Assembly: GCF_041886205.1 (NCBI RefSeq)
Contig: NZ_CP169029.1
DNA length: 64,000 nucleotides
Strand: one strand, 5' to 3'
Source of the DNA: Escherichia coli
Lineage (GTDB): Bacteria > Pseudomonadota > Gammaproteobacteria > Enterobacterales > Enterobacteriaceae
Each line of letters starts with the position of its first letter. The first letter of the stretch is position 1. A program made the position numbers and the translations under genes. Under the pieces are notes generated by a model. That model saw only the letters and a list, made by a program, of their open reading frames with translations, was not told the DNA's origin and searched no databases. Positions 10,528 through 28,020 of the stretch are shown here, piece after piece.

Positions 10528-11835
10528 TTATTTGCTGCTGTCCGGGCCGCGTTCACCGGTTGCTACCGGATTTTTTGGATCGCTGCTCCATTCGTACCAG
10601 CCGCCGTCGTAAACGGAGACGTTATTCCAGCCCATTGCTCGTGCGTACATAAAGGTTTCGGACGCGCGCCAGCCGGTGCCGCAGTAGAATGAAACTTGCT
10701 GATCTGGTTTGATATTCCATGCTTTCCACATAGCGGTAATATCATCGGCGCTACGCATGGTGCCATCCGGGTTATGGAAATCTTCCATATGCGTCGAGTC
10801 GCTACCAGCGTGTCCCCAACGTGCTCCGGCTATTTCACCTTTTGGTTTAATATAGCTGTAACCGCTGGTCGTACCGATAAATTCTGGCCACGAACGAATG
10901 CTCACCAGCGATGCATCCTGGCGATGCAGCAGTCCACGCGCCTGTTCCATATCAAGCATCAGTTGCGGTTGTGCCGGGATCTTCACGCCGAAATCCGGTT
11001 CCGCTTTCACTTTCGGTGGCGTTCCGCGCTCAACGGGCAGTCCCGCGTCGGACCAGGTTTGCCAGCCGCCGTCCAGCAGGCGGACATCTTTCACGCCAGC
11101 GTAGAGCATAATTTGTGCCACACGCGCTGCAGCGTATACGTCACGCCCGTACAGAATGACCGTGGTGTCATGGCGAATGCCGTGTTTTGCCAGCATCGCT
11201 TTTAGTTGTTCATCAGAAACTTTGTTCCACAGCGGTTCGCTTTCCACTTCGTTGGTATCGATGTAGTCAGCACCGGGAATATGGCTGATAAGGTAAAGCT
11301 TCGGAGCGCCCCAGGCCGCTTCAATGACTTTCCAGTCACCGGCAGGTTTCGCCGTAACCTCTTTACCTTGTTGCAGGTCATGCAGCCATTGCGGATAAAC
11401 CAGCTGCTCAAAGTGCGGCAGTTTTTGCAGACGGGAAGGTTCGCTTAGCGCGTCACTCAGGATGGAGATACGCGTAAAACCTGCTTTTTGCAGACGCGTT
11501 TTGACGGCATCGACATCTTTGTCATTACCGTACAGCGCCACCGGAGCATCGGTTTTCAGGTTATGTTGCTTGATCCACGCGTTGAGCTGTTCGGTGCTCA
11601 TTTTGTCGAGCCAGCTGGCAGAGAGGTTTAAGGCGGCAGGTTCATGACCAGAAGGGCCATTTAAGGTTTGTGGCCAGCCGTTATAAAACGCGCTGGGGCG
11701 AGTATCTATCGCTTTGCCATTTTGTTTCTGAAGCTGGTCAAGTGTAAGAGGCTTCGCCAGTTCAGCGGCCCACGAAGAAGCGCAAGCCAGCCCTAAAGCC
11801 ATTGCCAGCGCGGTCATTTGAGAAACACGTTTCAT
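10528..11835 (-). CDS. ynjE: Periplasmic triple-rhodanese-domain sulfurtransferase, 435 aa
   Basis: ORF track 10528..11850; internal start MKRVSQMTALAMALGLACASSWA (signal peptide); rhodanese active-site Cys context (YCGTGWRA). Confidence 0.88.
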   Translation of the reverse strand: MKRVSQMTALAMALGLACASSWAAELAKPLTLDQLQKQNGKAIDTRPSAFYNGWPQTLNGPSGHEPAALNLSASWLDKMSTEQLNAWIKQHNLKTDAPVALYGNDKDVDAVKTRLQKAGFTRISILSDALSEPSRLQKLPHFEQLVYPQWLHDLQQGKEVTAKPAGDWKVIEAAWGAPKLYLISHIPGADYIDTNEVESEPLWNKVSDEQLKAMLAKHGIRHDTTVILYGRDVYAAARVAQIMLYAGVKDVRLLDGGWQTWSDAGLPVERGTPPKVKAEPDFGVKIPAQPQLMLDMEQARGLLHRQDASLVSIRSWPEFIGTTSGYSYIKPKGEIAGARWGHAGSDSTHMEDFHNPDGTMRSADDITAMWKAWNIKPDQQVSFYCGTGWRASETFMYARAMGWNNVSVYDGGWYEWSSDPKNPVATGERGPDSSK

Positions 11836-11901
11836 CGAAAATCCCGACATTGTAGTTTTGAGTGCGCCATTCTGAAGTGACGCATTGGGAAAAACTTTGC
11901 G

Positions 11902-12555
11902 TTATCGCAGTTTGTTGTAATTTTCTGACCACTGAGCCATATCCAGAACAGAACTATCAGCAGGAACATCCTGGAGATCGTGCGTTACCTGAACGACGGG
12001 GATCGCCAGTTCGCGAACTTCGCTGAACACCCACTGGCGAAAATTATCGCGCAGAGCCACATCAAGACGGCTGAATGGCTCATCCAGTAGCAACGCTTTT
12101 GGCTGAGCGAGAAGGGCGCGAAGCAGAGCAACGCGCGCTCGCTGACCGCCAGACAAAGTGGCAGGATCCTGATGGAAAGCTCCGTCAAGGCCTGAACGCT
12201 CAAGTGCATCATTCACAGCATTACATCGGGCATTCCCCTTAAGTGTCGCCGGTAGCGCCAGCAGTAAATTTTGCCCGACGCTGAACTGGTCAAATAACAG
12301 TGCATCCTGAAAAAGAATGCCAATCTGACGCTGTGCGGTGGGTAGCATGTCAATCCGTTGCTCATTGAGCCATAGCTCACCTGTACAAGAAAACTGTTCG
12401 GCCAGTGCACCAATCATCCATGAAAACAGAGTGGATTTTCCACAGCCAGACGGCCCCATTAACGTGACAATGTCACCTTTATCCACCGTAAAGTTAACGT
12501 TTGTCAGCAAGCGGCTTTCTGGTAAACGTAGCGAAACATTTTTCACGCAGAGCAT
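11902..12555 (-). CDS. ynjD: ABC transporter ATP-binding protein, 217 aa
   Basis: ORF track 11902..12642; start at Met30 (ATG 12553-12555) overlapping the ynjC stop; Walker A GPSGCGKST and LSGGQ signature. Confidence 0.88.
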   Translation of the reverse strand: MLCVKNVSLRLPESRLLTNVNFTVDKGDIVTLMGPSGCGKSTLFSWMIGALAEQFSCTGELWLNEQRIDMLPTAQRQIGILFQDALLFDQFSVGQNLLLALPATLKGNARCNAVNDALERSGLDGAFHQDPATLSGGQRARVALLRALLAQPKALLLDEPFSRLDVALRDNFRQWVFSEVRELAIPVVQVTHDLQDVPADSSVLDMAQWSENYNKLR

Positions 12556-14090
12556 TAGCGGAGTCCTTGTCTGACATAACCTACCCATTTTGCGACTAAC
12601 GCGGTCAGGGCAAAAATAATAAGCGGTAATAGCAGTTGCCATAAAGCCTGGGCGGCGAGAATACCATTGCTGCCGCCGCTGCTTAATGCCACCGCCTCAG
12701 TGGTGAGCGTCGGAAAACGCCCCGCGCCCAGCCACAGCGTCGGCATATACTGCGCAATACTGACTGAAAATCCCACCGCGAAGGCAATCAGCGTAGGGCG
12801 TAGCATAAGCGGACATTTCACGTAAAAGAAGATTTTGGCCCGCGACCAGCCCAGTGTTTGCGCAATCAAAATTAACCGTGAATCAATGCGCTGCCAGGCG
12901 GGTTGCAGGATAAACAGCATCCACGGCATTACCCACAGCAGATGCCCCCAGACCACCGCCGTCCAGCTTCCATCCAGGTTCAGCCATAGCGCCAGCGTGT
13001 ACTGGCCCGCCACCAGTGGCAGGGCGGGTAATAAAATGGGCAACCAGAGCCACAACTGGCGACGCTGTGGCCCCCATTCCAGCCACAGCAGTAACAGGAG
13101 CAAAGCGATGAATGTCGCTACCAGCCCCATTGTCAGGCTGTTGATGAGCGCTTCACTATTGATCGTCGACTGATCCGCGAGGATCGCCAGCAGAACCACA
13201 CACAGCACACCGGTCAAGGGTAAAAAACTCGCCAGCGTAATGCCTGGCAATAAAGGCGTGGCAGGCTTACGAACGCCATCTACGCGGGGAATAGTACGCC
13301 GCCAGCTACGCCATAGCAGATAGCCCAGCAAAACGTAGGCGGCGAGTAACAGCATCAGCAGCAGGCTGGCGAGTGCGCCTTTCGTTTGTTGATCGGCGTC
13401 GCCCTGAGTTAACCACTGCCAGCTAATTACTGCCAGCGTCGGTGGATTACCTGGCCCAAGAATAATCGCCACATCCACGACCGACAGCGACCAGGCCACA
13501 ATCGCCAGCATCGCCATTGCCAGCGCAGGCGCGACGGAGGGCAACAGCAGCCAGTTCAGGCATTGCCAGCGGCTGTAGCCCAGCGAATCCAGCACGATGA
13601 CTTGCTGTACCAGGCGTTTTTCACTCAATACCGCTGCTAAGATCCACAGCAGAAATGCGCTTTCTTTCACTGCAAGGGTGAGGCCCAGACCGATGCCAAA
13701 TCGGTCCATTGGCGGAGTGAAATACGGGAAATAGTCATAAAGCAGCCCTCCGTCAGCAAAGAGCAGCAGGGCGCTGGTGGCAAAAGCCACATGGGGAATG
13801 GCGAGCAGCCACGGCAGACGGGCGCACATACGCTGCCATTTCGGCCCAGGCCACAGCGCCACAATCACCAGCAGGGCAATCAACAACGCCCCGACCGCCG
13901 CGATGGTTGTCGACACCAGCGTTGCCAGTAATGCCTGCGGTAACTGTGGATCGGCAAATAACGCCTGCCAGTGTGTCAACGACAAAGCAGGCGATATCAG
14001 CGTGAGAGCTGCCGGGATCAGCGGTGCATAAATCACCGCCACCATCGCCCACAGCAAAAAGATTAATGCGTACCGTAACGGTGTAGCCAT
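12555..14090 (-). CDS. ynjC: ABC transporter permease (two fused permease domains), 511 aa
   Basis: ORF track 12555..14114; start at Met9 (MATPLRYALIF...); highly hydrophobic. Confidence 0.85.
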   Translation of the reverse strand: MATPLRYALIFLLWAMVAVIYAPLIPAALTLISPALSLTHWQALFADPQLPQALLATLVSTTIAAVGALLIALLVIVALWPGPKWQRMCARLPWLLAIPHVAFATSALLLFADGGLLYDYFPYFTPPMDRFGIGLGLTLAVKESAFLLWILAAVLSEKRLVQQVIVLDSLGYSRWQCLNWLLLPSVAPALAMAMLAIVAWSLSVVDVAIILGPGNPPTLAVISWQWLTQGDADQQTKGALASLLLMLLLAAYVLLGYLLWRSWRRTIPRVDGVRKPATPLLPGITLASFLPLTGVLCVVLLAILADQSTINSEALINSLTMGLVATFIALLLLLLWLEWGPQRRQLWLWLPILLPALPLVAGQYTLALWLNLDGSWTAVVWGHLLWVMPWMLFILQPAWQRIDSRLILIAQTLGWSRAKIFFYVKCPLMLRPTLIAFAVGFSVSIAQYMPTLWLGAGRFPTLTTEAVALSSGGSNGILAAQALWQLLLPLIIFALTALVAKWVGYVRQGLR

Positions 14091-15229
14091 TCTTGTTCCA
14101 GCGCATTTACCCAACCTGCGTGCGGTTCAGCCAGTACCGGCGGCAGATCTTGCGGCATTCTTGATTGCAATGTTTCGCGCTGCCCATCAGGCAGTTTTTG
14201 CGGATCGAGAACAGAAGGATCGCCCCAGACAGCAGGGTCTGCTTTACGCAGTTGTGCATCGGGTGAGAGCAGGAAATTGGCGACAACCTTCGCCGCAGCA
14301 CTGGCATTCGCGTTAGCAGGAATGGTGACAAAATGCACGTTGCCAATCATTCCCTCGCTAAAGCCAAAGCTGTAACTGCTGGCGGGTAAATCGCCGCTGG
14401 CTATTTTTTGCTGCGCATGAGCAGGATTAAAGGTCAGCGACAGGCGCAATGTGCCGGCTTTCAGCAGGGCATCCATCCGCGCGGGCGAAGGCGGAAAATC
14501 CTTTCCTTCGCGCCATAAATACGGATGCAGCGCATCAAGAAATTGCCACAAGGGCGCAGTGACACGGGCGAAAGTCGCATCGTCCGGCGCTTCTTTTAAT
14601 GCGGCGGGATCGGGCGTCAGCATAATCAGCAACTGTTCAAGAAACGCCGTGCCGGTAAAGTCCGGTGGGCGCGGATAGGTAACCGTACCGGGATTGGCTT
14701 TAGCAAACTCCAGTAAGGCTTGCGGCGTTTGTGGTGGCTGTGGCGTAACATCGCGGCGGGCGATAAACGTCAGTTGTGCGCCGCCCCAGGGCGATTCAGC
14801 CCCTTCTGTAGGCACTGAAAAATCTTCCCGCACCGGCAGCTGTGTGTCGACATAGCGCCAGTTGGGCAGAGTCTCCGCCCAGCCTGTTTGTAATAAATTG
14901 GCCTCTTTTAAGGTGCGGAAGTTTTCGCCGTTCACCCAGAGCAGATCCACCGAGCCGCCCGTTTTACGTCCGGCAGCAGCTTCGGTCTGAATGCGCTTCA
15001 CCGCGTCTGCGGCATCCGCCAGACGAACAATCTTCAGGTTTATAGCGTAATGGGTTTTCATCTCGCCGCTAACCCAGTCGAGATAGCGGTTAATTGCGGT
15101 ATCGCCGCCCCAGGCGTTAAACCAGACGGTTTGCCCTTTGGCCTCATTTTTAATTTCCTGCCAGTCACTGGCATGTGTTGCCAAAGAAAACAGCGATAAC
15201 AATCCCAGCAACCACCCACAATGGCGCAT
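14063..15229 (-). CDS. ynjB: ABC transporter periplasmic substrate-binding protein, 388 aa
   Basis: ORF track 14063..15229; signal peptide MRHCGWLLGLLSLFSLATHA. Confidence 0.88.
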   Translation of the reverse strand: MRHCGWLLGLLSLFSLATHASDWQEIKNEAKGQTVWFNAWGGDTAINRYLDWVSGEMKTHYAINLKIVRLADAADAVKRIQTEAAAGRKTGGSVDLLWVNGENFRTLKEANLLQTGWAETLPNWRYVDTQLPVREDFSVPTEGAESPWGGAQLTFIARRDVTPQPPQTPQALLEFAKANPGTVTYPRPPDFTGTAFLEQLLIMLTPDPAALKEAPDDATFARVTAPLWQFLDALHPYLWREGKDFPPSPARMDALLKAGTLRLSLTFNPAHAQQKIASGDLPASSYSFGFSEGMIGNVHFVTIPANANASAAAKVVANFLLSPDAQLRKADPAVWGDPSVLDPQKLPDGQRETLQSRMPQDLPPVLAEPHAGWVNALEQEWLHRYGTH

Positions 15230-15238
15230 CTTCTCTCC

Positions 15239-15787
15239 TTAAAAACGTTTTTCAGGAATACGGCACAGCCCCTGAGCGGGAATGTCCATGGCAGAATTAA
15301 AACGAGCCGACAGATTTTGCAGGCCGATCAATGCCGTCAGTTCGGTGAGCGCCTGAGCGTCAAAATGCGCAGCCAGTCGGGTACGCAGGGCATCATCGAC
15401 CGTTGGCGGTGTGACGCTTGCGGCTTCGGCGTACTCCAGCGCCAGCCGTTCTTCATCGCTGAAGAGCGGGCTTTGCCGCCAGTCAGCCACTGCCAGCAGT
15501 TTATCGCTGCTGCCGGTACGCTCGGCGACTTTCATACTGGTGATATCCACACAAAACTCACACAGGCACATTTGCGCAATGCGCGCGCTGACAAGCGATC
15601 GTACTACCGGATCGAGCGGTGAGCGTTTGCGCTCCAGCCAGCCGACAAACATCGACACCAGATAAAAGATAAACGGGATCCGCCCCCACCAGCGAATGGG
15701 GCTTAGCACCTCGCCGTAATGGCGACGATGCAGCCACGCCTGCGGACGTAAAATGAAAGGAATTTTGTTCAGCGGCGGTAAACCCAT
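15239..15787 (-). CDS. ynjA: Carboxymuconolactone-decarboxylase (AhpD-like) family protein, 182 aa
   Basis: ORF track 15239..15787; start overlaps the ydjZ stop by 1 nt. Confidence 0.85.
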   Translation of the reverse strand: MGLPPLNKIPFILRPQAWLHRRHYGEVLSPIRWWGRIPFIFYLVSMFVGWLERKRSPLDPVVRSLVSARIAQMCLCEFCVDITSMKVAERTGSSDKLLAVADWRQSPLFSDEERLALEYAEAASVTPPTVDDALRTRLAAHFDAQALTELTALIGLQNLSARFNSAMDIPAQGLCRIPEKRF

Positions 15788-16494
15788 CAGGCATTCCTCT
15801 TCTGGCGCTCAAGCCATATTTTCTTCGCCATAAAAATCACCACGCTCAGGGCAAACAGAATAAACAGCCCGGTGACAAACCAGAAAGTGCCGCCCGTTAA
15901 CATGCTACCCGCCCAGGAGTAGACGATGGTCGCGGGTAACTGACCAAGCCCGGTGGCGATAAAAAACGAGCGAAAACGTATTGAAGTCAGACCGGCAGCA
16001 TAGCTGATTGGATCGAAAGGGACAAAAGGCAACAACCGACAGACCAGGATGGTGTGTTTGCCGTAGCGAGTGAAAAAGCCGTCCATACTGTCAAGCACGG
16101 TTTTGCCGGTTAATTTTTCCACCACTTCGCGGCCCATCACTCTGGCGATAAAAAAGCACAGCGCCGCGCCGGCCATCGAACTGGTCCACGACAGCAAGCC
16201 GCCCCAGAACGCGCCAAACAGCGACGCATTGGCAAAGGTGATCAAAAACGCAGGTAGCGGTGCAGCAATGGCCTGTAAAATCATCAACAAGAACGAGACA
16301 ACTGCCGCCAGTGCGCCGTAAGACTGAATAAAGCGTTCTATACCCTGTTGGTCCACGGCGGCAAACGCCGCAACGCTGCGATTGATAAACTCATGGACGC
16401 CGGGAAGCAGCGCCCATGCCAGCAGCACAGCGAACAACAGGATGATGAGGGTTATACGGTAGTACCAGATTTTACGCGATTGCATCTTCATCAT
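15787..16494 (-). CDS. ydjZ: TVP38/TMEM64 (DedA-like) inner-membrane protein, 235 aa
   Basis: ORF track 15787..16494; multi-pass membrane protein. Confidence 0.85.
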   Translation of the reverse strand: MMKMQSRKIWYYRITLIILLFAVLLAWALLPGVHEFINRSVAAFAAVDQQGIERFIQSYGALAAVVSFLLMILQAIAAPLPAFLITFANASLFGAFWGGLLSWTSSMAGAALCFFIARVMGREVVEKLTGKTVLDSMDGFFTRYGKHTILVCRLLPFVPFDPISYAAGLTSIRFRSFFIATGLGQLPATIVYSWAGSMLTGGTFWFVTGLFILFALSVVIFMAKKIWLERQKRNA

Positions 16495-16507
16495 CCTTTA
16501 TCCTGCT

Positions 16508-17185
16508 TTATTCGGTGATTTTAAAGGTAACCGTTGCCAGCGTGTTATCCGCCGGGAGAACTGAGGCATTGCCTTTGAATTTCACTTCGCCGCGTTTTTC
16601 CACCGCACCATAAGTGTATGTTGCATTGCTGACGATGCCGACCGGGCAGCTATCCAGACACACCAGGCAGCCCGTTTTCTTCTCTTCTGCTGCCGTTAAA
16701 TTACCGCCAAAGCGCATGTCCAGTTTCTTGCCATTACTGTCAACAATCACTTCATCGAAGGAATACGCTTTTGCCGCCCCTTGCCAGTTGACCGAAATAT
16801 CCAGTTTGCTGCCTGTGACATGAGTCGTTTCTTTATTATCCATCGTCATGTTTTCGCCCGGCGTACCACCTGCCTCTTTCAGGGCTTCATAAAATGCTTT
16901 CGGGGTCGCATAACCCATAAACAGCGATTTATGTCCGTTGGAGCCATCTTTAAACACAATACCGTGACGAGTGTCGTCGGTGAGGAAACGACCATTAATT
17001 TGCACCAGCATGGTTACCGTATGGTTATTGGCATCGACGCGCAGCGGTTGGCTGTTCGAAAGTCCGTCGTATTCCACTTTTGCCGCCGCATTCTCTTGTT
17101 GATCGCAGCCGCTAAGCCCAGCAACAGCCAGTAAGCAGAGTGCAGCCAGTCCTTTTTTCCATGACACTGAATAATGTTGCAACAT
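16508..17185 (-). CDS. ydjY: Putative lipoprotein YdjY, 225 aa
   Basis: ORF track 16508..17347; start at internal Met (MLQHYSVSWKKGLAALCLLAVAGLSGC, lipobox LSGC). Confidence 0.8.
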   Translation of the reverse strand: MLQHYSVSWKKGLAALCLLAVAGLSGCDQQENAAAKVEYDGLSNSQPLRVDANNHTVTMLVQINGRFLTDDTRHGIVFKDGSNGHKSLFMGYATPKAFYEALKEAGGTPGENMTMDNKETTHVTGSKLDISVNWQGAAKAYSFDEVIVDSNGKKLDMRFGGNLTAAEEKKTGCLVCLDSCPVGIVSNATYTYGAVEKRGEVKFKGNASVLPADNTLATVTFKITE

Positions 17186-17189
17186 CGTT

Positions 17190-17900
17190 CTATCCTTCAT
17201 TTTTTGGGTGAGTAAGTGGGCTGCGGCGCGAAGCAGACAGATCCACATGTTTGTGTCGGGCGTAGAGTTTTGCGAGCTGGACGAGAATAAACAGCGCCAG
17301 GCCCGCCAGACAGAGTTGTAAAATAAAGCGCAGCGTAATGCCTTCATTGGCGAGATCGCTTGCCATCACGGTATAAATAACAATACCGGGCAGGGTCGTG
17401 AGTGCCGAAATAAGGGTATAAGGCCAGAAGGCGATGGTGGTTAATCCGTAAGCGTAATTTTGAATATTGTAAGGAAACAACGGGATTAAGCGGGTCAGAA
17501 TAAGAAAATCAATACCGTTACGCGCAATGCCTTTTTCAATGGCCTGGAAGGTATGGCTATGGCCCACGTATTTCAGCAGTAAATCACGTCCCAGCCAGCG
17601 CGCCAGCAGGAATGAGCACGAGGAGGCCAGCGTTGCGGCAATTAATGAGAGTAGTGTCCCTAAGAGCGGGCCAAAAACTATTCCTCCAGCGATCACCAGT
17701 ATGCTTCCTGGTAACAGAAAGAGGGTGGCAATGATGAATAACAGAATATAGAGGCTATAACCGAACAATCCGCTCTGGCGAATGAGTGTCTGTAAGTGGG
17801 GTAAATCGGTGAGCAGATCGAATAAACCGAAAGCGTGGATAGCGTAAATGACCAGCGCAAAAATAAGACAGGCAAACAGAAAGTTACGCTCAGCGTTCAT
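17190..17900 (-). CDS. ydjX: TVP38/TMEM64 (DedA-like) inner-membrane protein, 236 aa
   Basis: ORF track 17190..17948; start at internal Met (MNAERNFLFACLIF...). Confidence 0.82.
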   Translation of the reverse strand: MNAERNFLFACLIFALVIYAIHAFGLFDLLTDLPHLQTLIRQSGLFGYSLYILLFIIATLFLLPGSILVIAGGIVFGPLLGTLLSLIAATLASSCSFLLARWLGRDLLLKYVGHSHTFQAIEKGIARNGIDFLILTRLIPLFPYNIQNYAYGLTTIAFWPYTLISALTTLPGIVIYTVMASDLANEGITLRFILQLCLAGLALFILVQLAKLYARHKHVDLSASRRSPLTHPKNEG

Positions 17901-18066
17901 CGTGGAGTTTCCTATATCAAACTTGATAATAGAGAAGTGGTCAGACAACTAAAAACGCAGTGACGGTATAACAAAGGACGGCAGGCAACAAATCATTACT
18001 GACAGTTTGTTGATTTTTCTCAAGGTTAATTCTCCTGACCCAGTTTGAGCCAGGAGAGCTGCTAAA

Positions 18067-18873
18067 TTAGCGGCGGAAGGTCGCCCAGACGGGGGCGTGA
18101 TCGGACGGTTTTTCCATGCTGCGAATTTCATAGTCGATGCCGGTTTCTACGCAACATTCTGCCAGCGGTTGGCTGGCGAGCAGCAGGTCGATGCGCAGAC
18201 CACGGTTATCGTCAAAACCTTTTGAGCGGTAATCAAACCATGAGAAACGATCTGCTGTTTGCGGATTAGCATGGCGGAAGGTATCGACCAACCCCCAGCT
18301 CATCAGCCTGTCCATCCATTCGCGCTCTTCCGGCAGGAAAGAGCATTTACCGGTACGCAGCCAGCGCTTACGGTTTTCTTCGCCAATGCCGATATCCAGA
18401 TCTGTAGGGCTGATATTCATATCGCCCATAATCAGTACCGGATTATCACGTTTGAGTTCGGTTTCCAGGTAGTTTTGCAGATTCTGATAAAACTGCGCTT
18501 TTGCCGGGAATTTTATCGGATGGTCGCGGCTTTCACCCTGCGGGAAGTAACCGTTGATCACGGTGACATTACCCAGCAGTGAGGGGATTTCCGCCATAAT
18601 AATCCGCCGCTGCGCCTCTTCGTCGTCACCGGGAAAGCCGCGACGCACGGCAATCGGCGTCTCTTTGGTCAGCAGCGCCACGCCATAATGGCCTTTCTGC
18701 CCGTGATAAAACACGTTGTAGCCGAGCTTCGCCACCTCTTCGAGCGGAAACATATCGTCATGAACTTTTGTCTCCTGCAGGCCAATCACATCCGGTTGGT
18801 GCTTTTCGACGATGGCTTCAAGCTGGTGAGGTCTGGCGCGCAGGCCGTTGATATTAAAAGAGACAAATTTCAT
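18067..18873 (-). CDS. xthA: Exodeoxyribonuclease III, 268 aa
   Basis: ORF track 18067..18885; start [14 protein letters not shown]...; EEP nuclease fold. Confidence 0.93.
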
Positions 18874-19230
18874 AGTCGCTGCCATTTATTCAGATAAAGA
18901 GTGCGTGGATGGTAGCAGAATTTCGCGTTGCTTACTGCCTGTTGTTAAGTGATTTGATCGATGGTTGTTAATGATGTCAACGATGGCGCAAAAAATGCCC
19001 GCTTTTGGTGCGCGCTGCGTCAGAATGGCGCAGTAATTTCCAGTAAATTTCGTCAATGATCACAATTCCAGAATTATATTTTACTTCTGCATAACATTGC
19101 GTTTTTTATTCTTTTTATTCACCCACATCGCAAACGTATTCACTTTATATGCACTTTAAATGCATATGGTTTGGTTATAACTCCTTGATTTCCAGTTAGC
19201 CTCCGCCGTTTATGCACTTTTATCACTGGC

Positions 19231-19246
19231 TGGCACGAACCCTGCA
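19231..19246 (+). promoter_or_regulatory. Sigma54 (-24/-12) promoter of the ast operon
   Basis: TGGCAC-N5-CTGCA at 19231-19246, about 75 bp upstream of astC; the ast operon is known to be NtrC/sigma54 and sigmaS controlled. Confidence 0.6.
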
Positions 19247-19282
19247 ATCTACATTTACAGCGCAAACATTACTTATTATTAA

Positions 19283-25346
<6,064 letters not shown>

Positions 25347-25591
25347 TACTTACCCGCAGAAATCATTCTGCGGGTATTAAGTTGCTTTCTTATAAATTAA
25401 TACAGATTAATCCTGGTTATTTGCTTTATTTATCACCAGTCATCCGGTATAGTTCTTCATAATCTCTGCAAAATCATCGTGTTGTAATATTCTCTCATCA
25501 CTCTCCATCAAATTTTCTTTTTTTCTCCATAATTGGCGCAAAAGTGTTTTTTACACTTTCATTGTTTTACCGTTGCTCTGATTAATTGACG

Positions 25592-25610
25592 CTAAAGTCA
25601 GTAAAGTTAA
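25592..25610 (+). promoter_or_regulatory. Candidate CpxR-type tandem (C/G)TAAA repeats in the spy promoter
   Basis: gctaaagtcagtaaag about 70 bp upstream of spy; spacing is not the canonical N5, so this is tentative. Confidence 0.3.
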
Positions 25611-25675
25611 TCTCGTCAACACGGCACGCTACTTAAGAAAGCCGTAATAAATAACTGAAAGGAAGGATATAGAAT

Positions 25676-26161
25676 ATGCGTAAATTAACTGCACTGTTTG
25701 TTGCCTCTACCCTGGCTCTTGGCGCGGCTAACCTGGCCCATGCCGCAGACACCACTACCGCAGCACCGGCTGACGCGAAGCCGATGATGCACCACAAAGG
25801 CAAGTTCGGTCCGCATCAGGACATGATGTTCAAAGACCTGAACCTGACCGACGCGCAGAAACAGCAGATCCGCGAAATCATGAAAGGCCAGCGTGACCAG
25901 ATGAAACGTCCGCCGCTGGAAGAACGCCGCGCAATGCATGACATCATTGCCAGCGATACCTTCGATAAAGCAAAAGCTGAAGCGCAGATCGCAAAAATGG
26001 AAGAACAGCGCAAAGCTAACATGCTGGCGCACATGGAAACCCAGAACAAAATTTACAACATCCTGACGCCGGAACAGAAAAAGCAATTTAATGCTAATTT
26101 TGAGAAGCGTCTGACAGAACGTCCAGCGGCAAAAGGTAAAATGCCTGCAACTGCTGAATAA
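25676..26161 (+). CDS. spy: Periplasmic ATP-independent chaperone Spy, 161 aa
   Basis: ORF track 25676..26161; signal peptide followed by a highly charged helical protein (MRKLTALFVASTLALGAANLAHA). Confidence 0.95.
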   Translation: MRKLTALFVASTLALGAANLAHAADTTTAAPADAKPMMHHKGKFGPHQDMMFKDLNLTDAQKQQIREIMKGQRDQMKRPPLEERRAMHDIIASDTFDKAKAEAQIAKMEEQRKANMLAHMETQNKIYNILTPEQKKQFNANFEKRLTERPAAKGKMPATAE

Positions 26162-26182
26162 TCTTTCAGCCAAAAAACTTAA

Positions 26183-26245
26183 GACCGCCGGTCTTGTCCA
26201 CTACCTTGCAGTAATGCGGTGGACAGGATCGGCGGTTTTCTTTTC
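26183..26245 (+). terminator. Intrinsic terminator of spy
   Basis: Long near-perfect hairpin (ccgccggtcttgtccac ... gtggacaggatcggcgg) followed by ttttcttttc. Confidence 0.8.
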
Positions 26246-26285
26246 TCTTCTCAAACAGTTGTAAAAAAAGCCTGATCACCACTAA

Positions 26286-27786
<1,501 letters not shown>

Positions 27787-27883
27787 TGTTGACTCCGAAT
27801 GCTGGTTATCTATCCAGTGTAACAGGCGGGGGGCGATTAAAAAAGAGGCGGGTTGATGACAAAGGTTACACCGTCTGACGTGC

Positions 27884-27973
27884 TACGCCTGTCAGGCCTA
27901 TTCGACTCCTGCAATGTATTGAATTTGCAAAGTTTTACAGGCCGGATAAGACGCTTACGCCATATCCGGCATG
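27884..27973. repeat. REP/BIME cluster between cho and nadE
   Basis: acgcctgtcaggcctat and caggccggataagacgcttacgccatatccggcatg flank a ctgcaatgtattgaatttgcaaagtttta linker. Confidence 0.75.
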
Positions 27974-28020
27974 TATAAAGTGTTTGGTGTCGACAATCTC
28001 AGGCGGGGAGGCCGCACTGT

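Noticed and set aside
25592-25610. Confident CpxR site call in the spy promoter
   Set aside because: The tandem TAAA motifs are present but the spacing does not match the canonical GTAAA-N5-GTAAA; kept only as a low-confidence feature.
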